Assembly: GCA_964016885.1 (NCBI GenBank)
Contig: OZ024755.1
Location: 38,130,001-38,194,000 of the forward strand
Reading direction: 5' to 3'
DNA from: Eledone cirrhosa
Lineage: Eukaryota
DNA length: 64,000 bases
Shown: piece after piece, positions 51,220-64,000 of the stretch
How positions within the stretch are numbered: position 1 is the first letter of the stretch
Layout of the letters: each line of letters opens with the position of its first letter
Notes under the pieces: model-generated
What the model was told of the DNA's origin: nothing
What the model saw: only the letters and a program-made list of their open reading frames with translations
Database searches by the model: none
Translations under genes and position numbers: made by a program

Positions 51220-51257
<38 letters not shown>

Positions 51258-51261
51258 GATG

Positions 51262-51293
<32 letters not shown>

Positions 51294-51322
51294 GTTATTA
51301 CTACTACCACCACCACTACTAC
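50827..51322. repeat. (CTA)n-type trinucleotide array
   Basis: Directly visible. Confidence 0.95.
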
Positions 51323-51482
51323 AAACAAAATAAGCTGTCATAGTCATTCTCTTGATCCTTTCTCCCCCTCCTCCCCCTCTCCTTGTCACCATCATCACCC
51401 TCCCCTTACCCCACCCTCCCCTTCTCCTCTCCTACATTTATTTAATTTTCTACTCAATATTATTTGAAAACATCAAAAGCTG

Positions 51483-51900
51483 TGGATTGGCAGGATCAGT
51501 AGATCGTCTCACAGCATGTTTAGTGGCATAGAGTTACGACCCTTTACATTCTTAATTCAAATCCCACCGAGGTTAACTTTGCCTTTCATCCTTACGTGGG
51601 GGGTCTATAAAATAAAGTACCAGTAATGCACTGGGGTTGATTTAATTGACTTCCCCTCCCCCCAAAATTGCTGGCCTTGTGCCTAAAGTAGAAACAATTA
51701 ATTTATATGTAATTGTTTTTACTTTTGGCACAAGGCCAGCAATTAATCCCAGTACATTACTGGTACTTTATGTTATGGACCTCGTAAGGATGAAAGGCAA
51801 AGTTAACCACGGTGGGATTTGAACTCAGACCGTAAAGGGCCATAACTCTATGCTACATAGCATGGTGTCTGACGCTCTACTGATTCTGCCGATCCACCGC
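51483..51900. mobile_element. Two SINE-B copies tail-to-tail (+ 51483-51700; - 51712-51900)
   Basis: Family consensus in both orientations, about 10 bp apart. Confidence 0.9.
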
Positions 51901-52761
51901 TCTTCTAATATAATAAATAATCTAATATATACTATGTATAAATAAATATATATTTTTTATTTTACTATATATATAATATGTATCATTTGATATTTAATAT
52001 ACTATTATATAATCTCTACTGTACCTCTTAGGGCCCCAGCACCCCCTGGACAATCTCATACTTTCCCTTCGGAGCAGTAGCACCCACTTTGAGAACTTCT
52101 GACCTAAAATAACAAAGAACAGTCAAACCTAGTTGTAATTATATATGTCTGGGGCAGCTTTCCAAGATAGCAAAGGGGACGCAATTGTGTTTTGTCATTG
52201 TTATCAATATCATCATTGTTGAACCAACAGGAGAGCCTTTCTATGGTGTTTATTTCAACCTGCTAGAAATAGCAGCTAAATATCTACATACCGAGGTTAA
52301 CTTTGCCTTTCATCCTTACTGGGTAGATAAAATAAAGTACCAGTAATACACTGGGGGTAAATTGCTGGCCTTCTGCCAAAAGTAGAAACAATTATTACAC
52401 AGCTATAGCAACATAATGGAAATAATGAGGCCTCTACTATATGAAGTATATAGCCTCCAGATGAAAGAGAGAGACAAGAACAATCATCATTGTCATTATA
52501 TCTGTTTTCCATGGTAGCAAGGGTTGGATGGGTTGTCATGGTCCCAGACTAGACAGGTTGAGGAATCACATCTTGCCCTTACTGCTCACATCTATGCAAG
52601 TTTATCTGGTCTTCTACAAGTTGGCATCCCACAGAGGTTTCTCAAGTGTTTTAATGATAGGGGCCCCCTGCAGTCTTATCTTACCACAGGCCTTCCCTAT
52701 AGAGAAAAAAGATTCAATATTATCAATCTGATGATATTGAATCTTCTTTCTCTATAGGGAA

Positions 52762-52938
52762 TTGGCAGTATCGGTAGAGGGTCGGACGCCATGCTTTGAC
52801 GCATAGAGTTACGGCCCTTGCCATTCTGAGTTCAAATCCCGCCGAGGTTAACTTTGCCTTTCATCCTTACGGGGTCGATAAAATAAAGTACCAGTAATAC
52901 ACTGGGTAATTGCTGGCCTTGTGCCTAACGTAGAAACA
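52762..52938 (+). mobile_element. SINE-B with 19-bp TSD and an inverted flank duplication at its 5' junction
   Basis: TSD ATTATCAATCTGATGATAT at 52719-52737 and 52939-52957. Confidence 0.9.
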
Positions 52939-53084
52939 ATTATCAATCTGATGATATCTAAGACCCACCCAATCTTTATTTATGGATGATGATGATGATG
53001 ATGAGCATGCTAGAAAGATCCTCTTCAGTGCACAAGTGTGGCCAAAGTGTTGTGAAAGACTAAGGTAGGAAGGATTGTGTTTAA

Positions 53085-53304
53085 CCCTTTAGTGTTCAAA
53101 CCGGCCAAAACCGACCAGAATTCTCTACCTCTTTCTGTTGAAACTGGCTGTAACTGGTCGCTCAAACTGATGTTAAGGTATTGTTCTCAAAATAAATACT
53201 TTTAAAATCTCATAGATTCGATATTATGAGATAATTATGTGAGGTAAAACCTTTACTATGAAAATATAATTGCATATATATAAAGTAATGTGAATGGTAA
53301 AGGG
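53085..53304. mobile_element. piggyBac-type MITE
   Basis: TTAA at 53081-53084 and 53305-53308. Confidence 0.85.
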
Positions 53305-53471
53305 TTAAGGAGGTACCTGGAAGATGTGGCAGAATAATTGGTGAGGAAATATTTGACCAATGGGTTTAGATGAGGGAATATCTAAGACTAGTTTTATAGC
53401 TATAACCTCCTCCTCCTCACTTGTAAATCTCTTGGTTTCAGTATGTTAACTGCCAACTTGTCTGCCTCTGT

Positions 53472-53535
<64 letters not shown>

Positions 53536-53970
53536 ATGTGTGTCTGCCTGTCTGTCTGTCTATATGTCTGTGTGTCTGTGTCTGTCTGTCTGTGCCTGTC
53601 TGTCTGTGTGTCTGTGCCTGTCTGTCTGTGTGCCTGTGTCTGTCTGTGTGTATGTGTCTGTCTGTCTGTGCGTGTGTACATGCATAGAATGGACCTCCAT
53701 TAGTCTCAACAGTGGAATAGCCTGATCATGAAATTAACTGGCAACGTGGCTGAGCATTCTATAGATACATGTACCCTTAATGTAATTCTCAGGAAGATTC
53801 AGCATGACGGTGTATGTCAAGGCTGATGGTGCTTTGAACTTCAGCTACACTCTAGCCGACAGGCATCCAAACAGTCTCTGACTACCCAATGTCATTCACA
53901 AGTGATGGGTCAAATGACACAAGGTTCTCTAACTCTAGACCTTATGATTGTTAAGTGAAGTTGTTAACCA

Positions 53971-54578
53971 GCCAGCCATGACACATGTGAAGAAGACAGC
54001 CATGACACATGTGAAGAAGCCAGCCATGACACATGTGAAGAAGACAGCCATGACACATGTGAAAAAGCCAGCCATGACACATGTGAAGAAGCCAGCCATG
54101 ACACATGTGAAGAAGACAGCCATGACACATGTGAAGAAGACAGCCATGACACATGTGAAGAAGACAGCCATGACACATGTGAAGAAGCCAGCCATGACAC
54201 TTGTGAAGAAGACAGCCATGACACATGTGAAGAAGCCAGCCATGACACATGTGAAGAAGCCAGCCATGACACATGTGAAGAAGACAGCCATGACACATGT
54301 GAAGAAGCCAGCCATGACACATGTGAAGAAGACAGCCATGACACATGTGAAGAAGCCAGCCATGACACATGTGAAGAAGCCAGCCATGACACATGTGAAG
54401 AAGACAGCCATGACACATGTGGAGGAGCCAGCCATGACACATGTGAAGAAGCCAGCCATGACACATGTGAAGAAGCCAGCCATGACACATGTGAAGAAGC
54501 CAGCCATGACACATGTGAAGAAGACAGCCATGACACATGTGAAGAAGCCAGCCATGACACATGTGAAGAAGACAGCCA
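53971..54578. repeat. 24-bp tandem repeat (approx. 25 copies, two main variants)
   Basis: G(C/A)CAGCCATGACACATGTGAAGAA. Confidence 0.95.
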
Positions 54579-54781
54579 TAGATGGTTGTGTGTGATGTCT
54601 GCAGGTTATGTAAATTAAGTTGCTTAATTAATTAATATATAACTGCTGACAGCTAATTAGCTGCTCAATTTTTATTGTATGTTTACTTTGTCTGTTGCTG
54701 CTGCTACTACTACTACTGCTACTACTACTATTACTATTGATAATAATAATAATAATTATTATTATTATTATTATTATTATT

Positions 54782-54968
54782 ATTTCTACTTTTGGCACAA
54801 GGCCGGCAATTATCCCAGTGCATTACTGGTACTTTATTTTATCGACCCCGTAAGGATGAAAGACAAAGTCAACCTCGGCGGGATTTGAACTCGGACCATA
54901 AAGGGACGTAACTCTTTGCTGCAAAGAATGGCGTCCGACCCTCTACCGATACTGCCAATCCACCGCCC
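54782..54968 (-). mobile_element. SINE-B
   Basis: Family consensus. Confidence 0.9.
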
Positions 54969-54999
54969 TAATAATAATAATAATAATAATAGTAATGAT

Positions 55000-55848
55000 T
55001 TCTTTATTGGCCACAAGGGCTGACATCAAGAAAAACATTACAGACGGCACAGGACGGTACAATGTAAAGATTTTTATTATTTATATAAGAAATGAAAAAG
55101 AAAAAAAAAAAGACATAGAAACATGAAAATTCAAACAATGAAAAATTCCCCAATAGCGGGGAAACCTCTGAGGGTTACTCGTGGCGAAAACCACACAAAA
55201 GACAACAGCCATCCGGACCACCAGGGCAAGTGCCCTCTCTCAATTTTTCCATTCCTCAATATTCAGAGCGGTCCCGTTCACTCGGACCATTCTCGCTACA
55301 TTCACCCACCTTTCAACAAACTTGCTAGAAGGCAGCACTTGCCTCTCCACCCTGATTTTCCTCTTCAAGTGAAACTTGAAAAAGTTAATCAGGGATTCGC
55401 CGAAGAGGAAAGTGTCTGTCTTTAACTCTTTCAACCTTGTCCACCACACAATCTCTTTCGTCATGGCCACCAGGCAGATGAAGACTGCCTGCACTTCCTC
55501 CTCTTTAATGGAGGATGGTGGGCTATCTGCACAATGGACTCAGTCGATAACCGGATCGGTCCTACACGCGACAGCAATGCTCGGGCACTGAACGAGTGCG
55601 TGCACGACGGTCTCGTCACTCTACGCGCATCTTGGACAGGCTTGGCTGATGGCACTTCCGTGCCTGTAGAGCTTATCTCAAACCGGCAATGCTCTCCGGT
55701 AGCACTGCCAGGCCAGGGATTTCTGGAAGTTATCCATAGGCCCTGGGCTGAAAGTTCTCCGGAAGAGAGCAAACAGCTGATTTTCTTCGACGCCCAGGAT
55801 CTCTCCGAGAACGTCGGCTCTCTTCCCCTTCACTAGTCCTCTATAGAA
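55000..55848 (-). mobile_element. 3' end of an L1/Tx1-like LINE ORF2 plus UTR
   Basis: Minus strand: ALPV*DKLYRHG..ACPRCA*SDETVVHALVQC (CCHC knuckle), then LVAMTKEIVWWTRLK..FVERW; a homologous UTR remnant lies at about 60233-60538. Confidence 0.8.
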
Positions 55849-55849
55849 C

Positions 55850-56148
55850 ACCAGCAATTATCCCAGTGCATTACTGGTACTTTATTTAATCGACCTCGTA
55901 AGGATGAAAGGCAAAGTTAACCTCGGCGGGATTTGAACTCAGACCTTAAGGGACCATAACTCTATGCGTCAAAGCTTGGCATCCGACCCTCTACCGATAC
56001 TGTCAATCCACTGCCCTAATAATAATAATAATGGTTTCTAGTATAGGCACAAGGCCAGCAATTTTGGGGGAGGGGCAAGTCGATTAAATCAACCCCAGTG
56101 CGTGACTAGTACTTTATTTTATCAACCCCGTAAGGATGAAAGGCAAAG
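55850..56148 (-). mobile_element. Two SINE-B copies (one partial)
   Basis: Family consensus. Confidence 0.85.
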
Positions 56149-56782
56149 CAAATCCAGCATGGTTTGAACAGAGAACATACAGGGTCGTGAGTACAGCTAC
56201 AACTCCTGAAGAAGACCAAAACTAAATAGAAGGCTGTAGAGGTCAGCCAAGGAAGGGTTCCTCCATCAGGAGTGAGAAGGTCTTCCATTGAATATACACA
56301 CACACTTATAGATTCTGTTTTTTGATGGTGGCAGTGCTGGTGGTGGTGGTGATGGCAGTGATGGTAGCAGTGGTGGTGGTGGCAGTGATGGTGGTGGTGG
56401 TGGCAGTGCTGGTGGTGGTTGTGGTGGTGGTGGCAGTGCCGGTGGTGGTGGGAGCAGTGCTGGTGGTGGTGGTGGCAGCAATGCTGGTGGTGGTGGTGGT
56501 GGTAGTGCTGGTAGTGGTGGTGATGGTATTGTAGGCAGTGCTGGTGACAGGTGAGAGATTTACATAATTCAATGCAGGAAGGTGGGGTGGTGTAATATAA
56601 CACTTTAGTGTACTCTTTGTTGTTGTTTGAGAGCAGGGACCCTCTCTCGCTACCCCGGCCCCCCTTTATTCAGGTTATTTATTATGTCTGCTGGAGACCC
56701 AGACCTTAACTATTGGACAGTTTCATGTCATAGGTAATATATTCTTTGACTTGTGTCTTGGAAAGTAACATAACACATATGT

Positions 56783-58100
56783 ATAACACCACACAGTAAA
56801 TGTGTAACACTACACAGTAGATGTGTAACACCACAAAGTAGATGTGTAACATCACACAGTAGATGTGTAACACTACACAGTAGATGTGTAACACCACACA
56901 GTAGATGTGTAACACCAAACAGTAGATGTGTAACACCAAACAGTAGATGTGTAACACCACACAGTAGATGTGTAACACCACACAGTAGATGTGTAACACT
57001 ACTCTGTAGATGTGTAACACCACACAGTAGATGTGTAACACCACACAGATGTGTAACACTACACAGTAGATGTGTAACATTACACAGTAGATGTGTAACA
57101 CTACACAGTGGGTGTGTAACACCACACAGTAGATGTGTAACACCACACAGTACATGTCTAACACCACCCAGTACATCTGTAACACCACACAGTAGATGTG
57201 TAACACCACACAGTAGATGTGTAACACCACACAGTAGATGTGTAACACTACACAGTAGATGTGTAACACCACACAGTAGATGTGTAACACCACACAGTAG
57301 ATGTGTAACACTACACAGTAGATGTGTAACATTACACAGTAGATGTGTAACACTACACAGTGGGTGTGTAACACCACACAGTAGATGTGTAACACCACAC
57401 AGTAGATGTGTAACACCACACAGTAGATGTGTAACACCACACAGTACATGTGTAACACCACACAGTAGATGTGTAACACCACACAGTAGATGTGTAACAC
57501 CACACAGTAGATGTGTAACACCACACAGTAGATGTGTAACACTACACAGTAGATGTGTAACACCACACAGTAGATGTGTAACACCACACAGTAGATGTAT
57601 AACACCACACAGTAGATGTGTAACACCACACAGTAGATGTGTAACACCACACAGTAGATGTGTAACACCACACAGTAGATGTGTAACACCACACAGTAGA
57701 TGTGTAACACTACACAGTAGATGTGTAACACCACACAGTAGATGTGTAACACCACACAGTAGATGTATAACACCACAAAGTAGATGTGTAACACCACACA
57801 GTAGATGTGTAACACCACACAGTAGATGTGTAACACCACACAGTAGATGTGTAACACCACACAGTAGATGTGTAACACTACACAGTAGATGTGTAACATC
57901 ACACAGTAGATGTGTAACACCACACAGTAGATGTATAACACCACAAAGTAGATGTGTAACACCACACAGTAGATGTGTAACACCACACAGTAGATGTGTA
58001 ACACCACAAAGTAGATGTGTAACACCACACAGTAGATGTGTAACATGTAACGCTACAGAGTAGATATGTAATATGTAACACTACACAGTAGATGTGTAAC
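56783..58100. repeat. 21-bp tandem repeat (approx. 60 copies)
   Basis: AACACCACACAGTAGATGTGT; explains the 446-aa VVLHIYC ORF. Confidence 0.95.
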
Positions 58101-58122
58101 ACTTCACACAGAGTATGTGTAA

Positions 58123-59220
58123 CCCCCCCCCCCCCCCCCCCCCTCTCACACACAGTCACCCCACCACCACCACACACAGTCCCCCCAACACACAGTCTCC
58201 CCACCCACCACCACCACCACACACAGTGCCCCCACACCACACTCTCCCCACACCACCACCACACAGTCCCACCACCACACACAGTCCCCCCACCACCGCC
58301 ACACACAGTCCACCACCACCACCACAGACAGTCTCCCCCCCAACACCACACACAGCCCCCTCCCCACCAAACACAGTCCCCACCACCACCACCACCACAG
58401 ACAGTCCCTCCACCACCACACACAGTCTCCCCCCCAACACCATACACAGCCCCCCACCACCAAACACAGTCCACGCCACCACCAAACACAGTCCCCTACC
58501 ACCACACACTTCCCCCACCACCACACACAATCCCCCTTGCACCAAACACAGTCCCCCACCACCATACACAGTCCCCCACCAATATACACAATCCCCCCAC
58601 CACCACACAGTCTCCCTTACACCAAACACAGTCCCCCACCACCACCACCACCACCACCACACACTGGTTTCTCCTAGGGTAGACATGAAGGACTGTATAT
58701 AAGGAAGATATGTGTGTGTGTGTATATATATATATGTGTGTGTGTATGAATGTGTGTGTGTATGTATGAATGTATGTGTATGAATGTGTGTGTGTATGTA
58801 TGAATGTGTATCTGTCTGTGTGTATATATGTATGTCCGAATGTGTATATGTATGTATGAATATGTGTGTGTGTGTATATATATATGTATGGATGGATATG
58901 CGTGTGTGTGTATATATGTTTGTATGAATGTGTGTGTGTATACTTATGTATGAATGTGTGTGTGTGTGTACATGTATGTATGAATGTGTGTAGGTGTGTG
59001 TGTGTGAATATATGTATGTACGAATGTGTATGTGTGTGTGTGTATGTACGAATGTGTATGTATGTGTGTGTGTATGAATGAATGTGTGTGTACGAATGTG
59101 TATGTGTGTGTGTGTGTATATATGTACGAATGTGTATGTGTGTGTGTATATATGTATGTACGAATGTGTATGTGTGTGTATATGTATGAATGTGTGTGTG
59201 TGTATATATGTATGTATGAA

Positions 59221-59290
<70 letters not shown>

Positions 59291-59635
59291 AATGTATATG
59301 TGCGTGTGTGTATGTATGAATGTATATGTGCGTGTGTGTATATATGTATGTACGAATGTGTGTGTGTGTGTATATATGTATGTACGAATGTGTATGTGTG
59401 TGTGTATATATGTATGTATGAATGTGTGTGTATGTATGAATGTGTGTGTGTGTGTGTATGTACGAATGTGTATGTGTGTGTGTGTATATATATGTATGTA
59501 CGAATGTGTTTGTGTATATATGTATGTATGAATGTATGTGTGTTTGTGTATATATGTATGAATGTGTGTGCGTGTGTGTGTGTGTATGAATGTGTGTGTG
59601 TGTATGTGTGTATATGAATGTGTGTGTGTGTGTGT
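58123..59635. repeat. C/A-rich degenerate repeat (to 58662) and TG/TA microsatellite (58710-59635)
   Basis: Directly visible. Confidence 0.9.
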
Positions 59636-59744
59636 TTGAGATTAAAATGTGGTTGTAACAAAGTTAAGTATATTTGCTCCCATGTGCAACTACTTTAGTC
59701 AGACATGGTCGACACACCCATCTATCTTGACTCCTTACAATAAT

Positions 59745-60225
59745 AATTGTTTCTACTGTAAGCACAAGGCCAGCAATGAGCCCCAGTACATTACTGGTAC
59801 TTTATTTTATCGACCTCGTAAGGATGAAAGGCAAAGTTAACCTCGACGGGATTTTAACTCAGACTGTAAAGGGACGTAACTATGCTAGAAAGCATGGTGT
59901 CTGACGCTCTATGGTTTCTTATATAGGCACAAGGCCAGCAACTACACCAGTGTATTACTGGTACATTATTTTATTGACCCCCCCCCCCCACTGGTAAGGA
60001 TGATGGCAAAGTTAACCTCGGCGAAAATAATAATAATAATTGTTTCTACTTTTGGCACAAGGCCAGCAACTACCCCAGTGTATTACTGGTACTTTATTTT
60101 ATCGACCCCCGTAAGGATGAAAGGCAAAGTTAACCTCGGCGGGATTTGAACTCAGATTGTAAAGGGCCGTAACTCTATGCAGCAAAGCATGTTTGACACT
60201 CTGCCGAGTCTGCTAATCTACCACA
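59745..60225 (-). mobile_element. Three tandem SINE-B copies
   Basis: Three successive GCACAAGGCCAGCAA...GGATGAAAGGCAAAGTTAACCTCGG blocks. Confidence 0.9.
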
Positions 60226-60726
60226 ATGGAATGTTTTCTTTATTGACCACAAAGGGTTTACATAAATAATACATTAGGGACAGTACAGGAGGGTGCAATG
60301 TGGGTTTCTGTGTGTAAAAATGAGTATAAAACAAAAGAAAGAATGTAACAAAAAAGTAGAAACACAATAAAATTCCCCAATTGGAGAGGGGGAGAGTTCC
60401 GAGGGTTTCTCGTGGAGAAAGCCCACAAAAGTCACATCACCCTGACCACCAGGGCAAGTGCCCTCTTTCAGGTGTCCTCCCTTAATCTACAGCACATTCA
60501 CTCAGGTCATTCTTGCCTATTTTATCCATCTTTCAACAATTACCACCACCACCACCACCATCATCACCTCACCATTATCATTATCATCATCATCATCAAT
60601 AATACCACCACCTCCAACATCATCATCATCATCATCACTACCTCCATCATAGTTGTTGAAAGAGGAAGGTTAAGCTGTGCTATGATAGAGAAAATCCTGT
60701 TGGTGAAAAATTTATATCTTTTGAAA

Positions 60727-61340
60727 CCAACCCACCCAGAACTGGGCCTCTTTCTATGTAACAAAACCACCCATTATGAAGGGTTCTACCAACCCACCCA
60801 GAACTGGGCCTCTTTCTATGTAACAAAACCACCCATTGTGAGGGTTATACCAACCCACCCAGAACTGGGCCTCTTTCTATGTAACAAAACCACCCATTAT
60901 GAAGGGTTATACCAACCCACCCAAAACTGGGCCTCTTTCTACATAACAAAACCACCCATTGTGAGGGTTATACCAACCCACCCAGAACTGGGCCTCTTTC
61001 TATATAACAAAACCACCCATTATGAAGGGTTATACCAACCCACCCAGAACTGGGCCTCTTTCTATGTAACAAAACCACCCATTGTGAAGGGTTATACCAA
61101 CCCACCCAGAACTGGGCCTCTTTCTATATAACAAAACCACCCATTGTGAGGGTTATACCAACCCACCCAGAACTGGGCCTCTTTCTATATAACAAAACCA
61201 CCCATTGTGAGGGTTATACCAACCCACCCAGAACTGGGCCCCTTTCTATGTAACAAAACCACCCATTATGAAGGGTTCTACCAACCCACCCAGAACTGGG
61301 CCTCTTTCTATGTAACAAAACCACCCATTGTAAAAGGTTA
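60727..61340. repeat. 61/62-bp tandem repeat (10 copies)
   Basis: AACCCACCCAGAACTGGGCCTCTTTCTAT.TAACAAAACCACCCATT.TG(A)AGGGTT.TACC. Confidence 0.95.
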
Positions 61341-61572
61341 CTATTTAAATTAAAATATTCCAAGGGACTAGCTGGTCACTGGTTCCAATCTTTAATAAAT
61401 CCAGTAATTTTTTAGGGTCCAGTCTGCTCCCCCACCTTCTTTTTTCCATACACTGTTCACTTTCCTGATATTTGTACATTATTCTATGTACTATACATAC
61501 ACCTTTGATGAGTTGTAGTGCACCTTAGCACTGTACACAATAATTTTCATTCATTATTATTATTATAAACAA

Positions 61573-62030
61573 AGGCGGTGGATTGGCAGTATTGGTAGAG
61601 GGTCGGACACCATGATTGGCAGTATCGGTAGAGGGTCGGACACCATGATTGGCAGTATTGGTAGAGGGTCGGACGCGATGATTGGCAGTATCGGTAGAGG
61701 GTCGGACACCATGATTGGCAGTATCGGTAGAGGGTCGGACGCGATGATTGGCAGTATCGGTAGAGGGTCGGACACCATAATTGGCAGTATCGGTAGAGGG
61801 TCGGACACCATGATTGGCAGTATCGGTAGAGGGTCGGACCCTATGATTGACAGTATCGGTAGAGGGTCAGACACCATGCTTTGCTGCATAGAGTTACAGC
61901 CCCTTGCCATTCTGAGTTCAAATCCTGTCGAGGTTAACTTTACCTTTCATCCTTACGGGGTCAATAAAATAAAGTACCAGTAATACACTGGTTGATTGCT
62001 GGCCTTGTGCCAAAAGTAGAAACAATTATT
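61573..62030 (+). mobile_element. SINE-B with its 33-bp head amplified 9 times
   Basis: GATTGGCAGTATCGGTAGAGGGTCGGACACCAT units from 61581 to 61877, followed by a normal body. Confidence 0.92.
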
Positions 62031-62584
62031 ATTATTACAATATCATCTAAGGATCATAAGTGAAGTTCTGTGGCAAATACAACTTTGATAGGGAAGGAGT
62101 TTTAACAAATTCCTGCCAAGTTCTTCATTAATTGAAATACAGTGTATGGTTATATATGGGGAAGGTAGATATGATTGGTAGTGACCCCCTTCTGGACAGA
62201 TGGAGTGAAGGGGTACATGAGGAGAGGTGGAGGGGGTACATGAAGAGATCTGGAGGGGGAGTACATGAAGAGAGGTGGAGGGAGTACAGGAAGATAGGTG
62301 GAGGGAGGTGTTCGTGAAGAGAGATGGAGGGAGGGGTACATGAAGAGAGGTGGGGGAGGTGTTTGTGAAGGGAGGTGTACATGAAGAGAGGAGGGGAGGT
62401 GTTCGTGAAGAGAGGTGGAGGAGGTGTTCATGAAGAGAGGTGAGATGGGGTGGGGGTTCATGGAGAGGGGTGGTGGGCTGTACATGGAGAAGGGGGGAGG
62501 AGGCTATTTTCAAAATAACAAAGGTTTCATGAAATACTCCCTTGTTTAACAGCTGGATTTGGGTTAAAATGGAAAGTAGTGAGG

Positions 62585-62908
62585 AATAGGGGTTAGTTTT
62601 GTCTGACAGGGTGTAGGGCAGTGAAATAGGGGTTAGTTTTGCCTGACTCAATGCAAGGCAGTGAAATAGGGGTTAGTTTTGCCTGACTCAATGCAAGGCA
62701 GTGAAATAGGGGTTAGTTTTGTCTGACTCAATGCAAGGCAGTGAAATAGGGGTTAGTTTTGTCTGACTCAATGCAAGGCAGTGAAATAGGGGTTAGTTTT
62801 GTCTGACACAGTGTAGGGCAGTGAAATAGGGGTTAGTTTTGTCTGACTCAATGCAAGGCAGTGAAATAGGGGTTAGTTTTGTCTGACTCAATGCAAGGCA
62901 GTGAAATA
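62585..62908. repeat. 40-bp tandem repeat (approx. 8 copies)
   Basis: GGCAGTGAAATAGGGGTTAGTTTTGTCTGACTCAATGCAA. Confidence 0.95.
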
Positions 62909-63453
62909 AAAAAAGAAAGAAAAAGTCCCCCTCAACACTTGTGTGTACAGTAGAGAGTTTTTAGGGGTTTTTATTATATTGTTGTTGTATGTAATATCAA
63001 AAGAATGTTTATAGTCAGGCTGTAGAAGTGAAGATATTTTTATTGACCAGATGGCTGGCTGTTATTTACAGAGTCTCTCTACTGTCTGGCAGTAGATGGG
63101 GGAGGGGAGAGTGTTGTCTTAGTGTGTGGGTGTGTGAGAGAGAGAGAGAAAGAGTGTGCCTGTGTGTGTGTGAGAGAGAGTGTGTGTCTGTGTGAGAGAT
63201 TGTGTGTCTGTGTGTGTGTGTGAAAGAGAGAGTGTGTATGTGTGTGTGAGAGAGAGAGTGTGTATGTGAGAGAGTGTGTCTGTGTGTGTGTGTGAGAGAG
63301 AGAGTGTGTCTGTGTGAGAGAGAGAGAGTGTGTGAGAGAGATAGTGTGTGTGTGAATGTGTCTGTGTGTATCCTGAACAATAGAAATTGACTGAATTGTC
63401 AAGATGAGGAAAGAGTGGGAAATACTGGGGCCTGAATGACCACTTCCTCTTTG

Positions 63454-63832
63454 CACTGGCTGTCTCTCTAGATTGGTCCCCACCCCACTGGCTGTCTCTC
63501 TAGATTGGTCCCCACCCCACTGGCTGTCCCTCTAGATTGGTCCCCACCCCACTGGTTGTCCCTCTAGATTGGTCCCCACCCCACTGGCTGTCCCTCTAGA
63601 TTGGTCCCCACCCCACTGGTTGTCTCTCTAGACCTCTGTTGTCTTTGGTCCCCACCCCAGTGGCTGCTTCTCTAGACCTCTGTTGTCTTTGGTCCCCACC
63701 CCACTGGCTGCCTCTTTAGACCTCTGTTGTCCTTGGTCCCCACCCCACTGGCTGCCTCTTTAGACCTCTGTTGTCCTTGGTCCCCACCCCACTGGCTGTC
63801 TCTCTAGACTTGTTGTCCTTGGTCCCCACCCC
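63454..63832. repeat. 32-bp then approx. 44-bp tandem repeat
   Basis: CACTGGCTGTCTCTCTAGATTGGTCCCCACCC; later units carry an extra CCTCTGTTGTC segment. Confidence 0.9.
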
Positions 63833-64000
63833 CTGCACTGCTGGGCCTGCTTGAGGAGGGCTCCCGTTGAGGTGGTGGTGGCTGTTGCAGCAGGTGTCTC
63901 TGTGGCACCACTCAGACTGGGGTATAGGGGCTGTCCTTTTGCCTCTCCCTTTCTTTCATTGCTTGATCCTTTCTTCTTTCTTTTCTCTTCCCTTTAGCCC

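Noticed and set aside
50796-51467. Mucin-like Thr/Ser-rich ORFs
   Set aside because: This is a (CTA)n microsatellite translated in several frames.
62585-62908. Telomere-like repeat (GGGGTTAG)
   Set aside because: There is only one such motif per 40-bp unit and no (TTAGGG)n tract.
63832-64000. GC-richer minus-strand stretch that might be coding or TE ORF1
   Set aside because: It is truncated by the window edge, too short, and has no diagnostic motif.

Overview
This is an AT-rich, repeat-saturated eukaryotic window. The tRNA-headed SINE families resemble octopus SINEs as I remember them, which together with the very high microsatellite load suggests an octopod cephalopod genome (inference, no search run). 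I cannot support any intact host protein-coding gene; almost all listed ORFs are simple-repeat or SINE-antisense artefacts. Retrotransposons: a 5'-truncated, disabled RTE-type LINE (7772-10395) with a C4HC3 PHD-like finger inside its RT region, many short 3' ends of that LINE family, and Expander-type RTE, CRE-like and L1/Tx1-like fragments. There are two abundant SINE families, one of which shares the LINE's 3' UTR. DNA-type elements: TTAA (piggyBac-type), TA (Tc1/mariner/pogo-type) and 8-bp-TSD (hAT-type) MITEs, plus two Helitron-like elements. Many minisatellites are present, several amplified from TE pieces. The most unusual signal is a set of short fold-back elements, mostly embedded in (TA)n (11090, 11765, 21551, 40441, 41405). 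Two carry hammerhead-like CTGATGA...GAA cores, and all but 11090 share a GTATTGAGTAC tail motif; they may be non-autonomous Penelope-like or retrozyme-like elements. Also noted: a MITE-borne CTCF-like motif, SINE tail swapping, and a few weak orphan splice signals.
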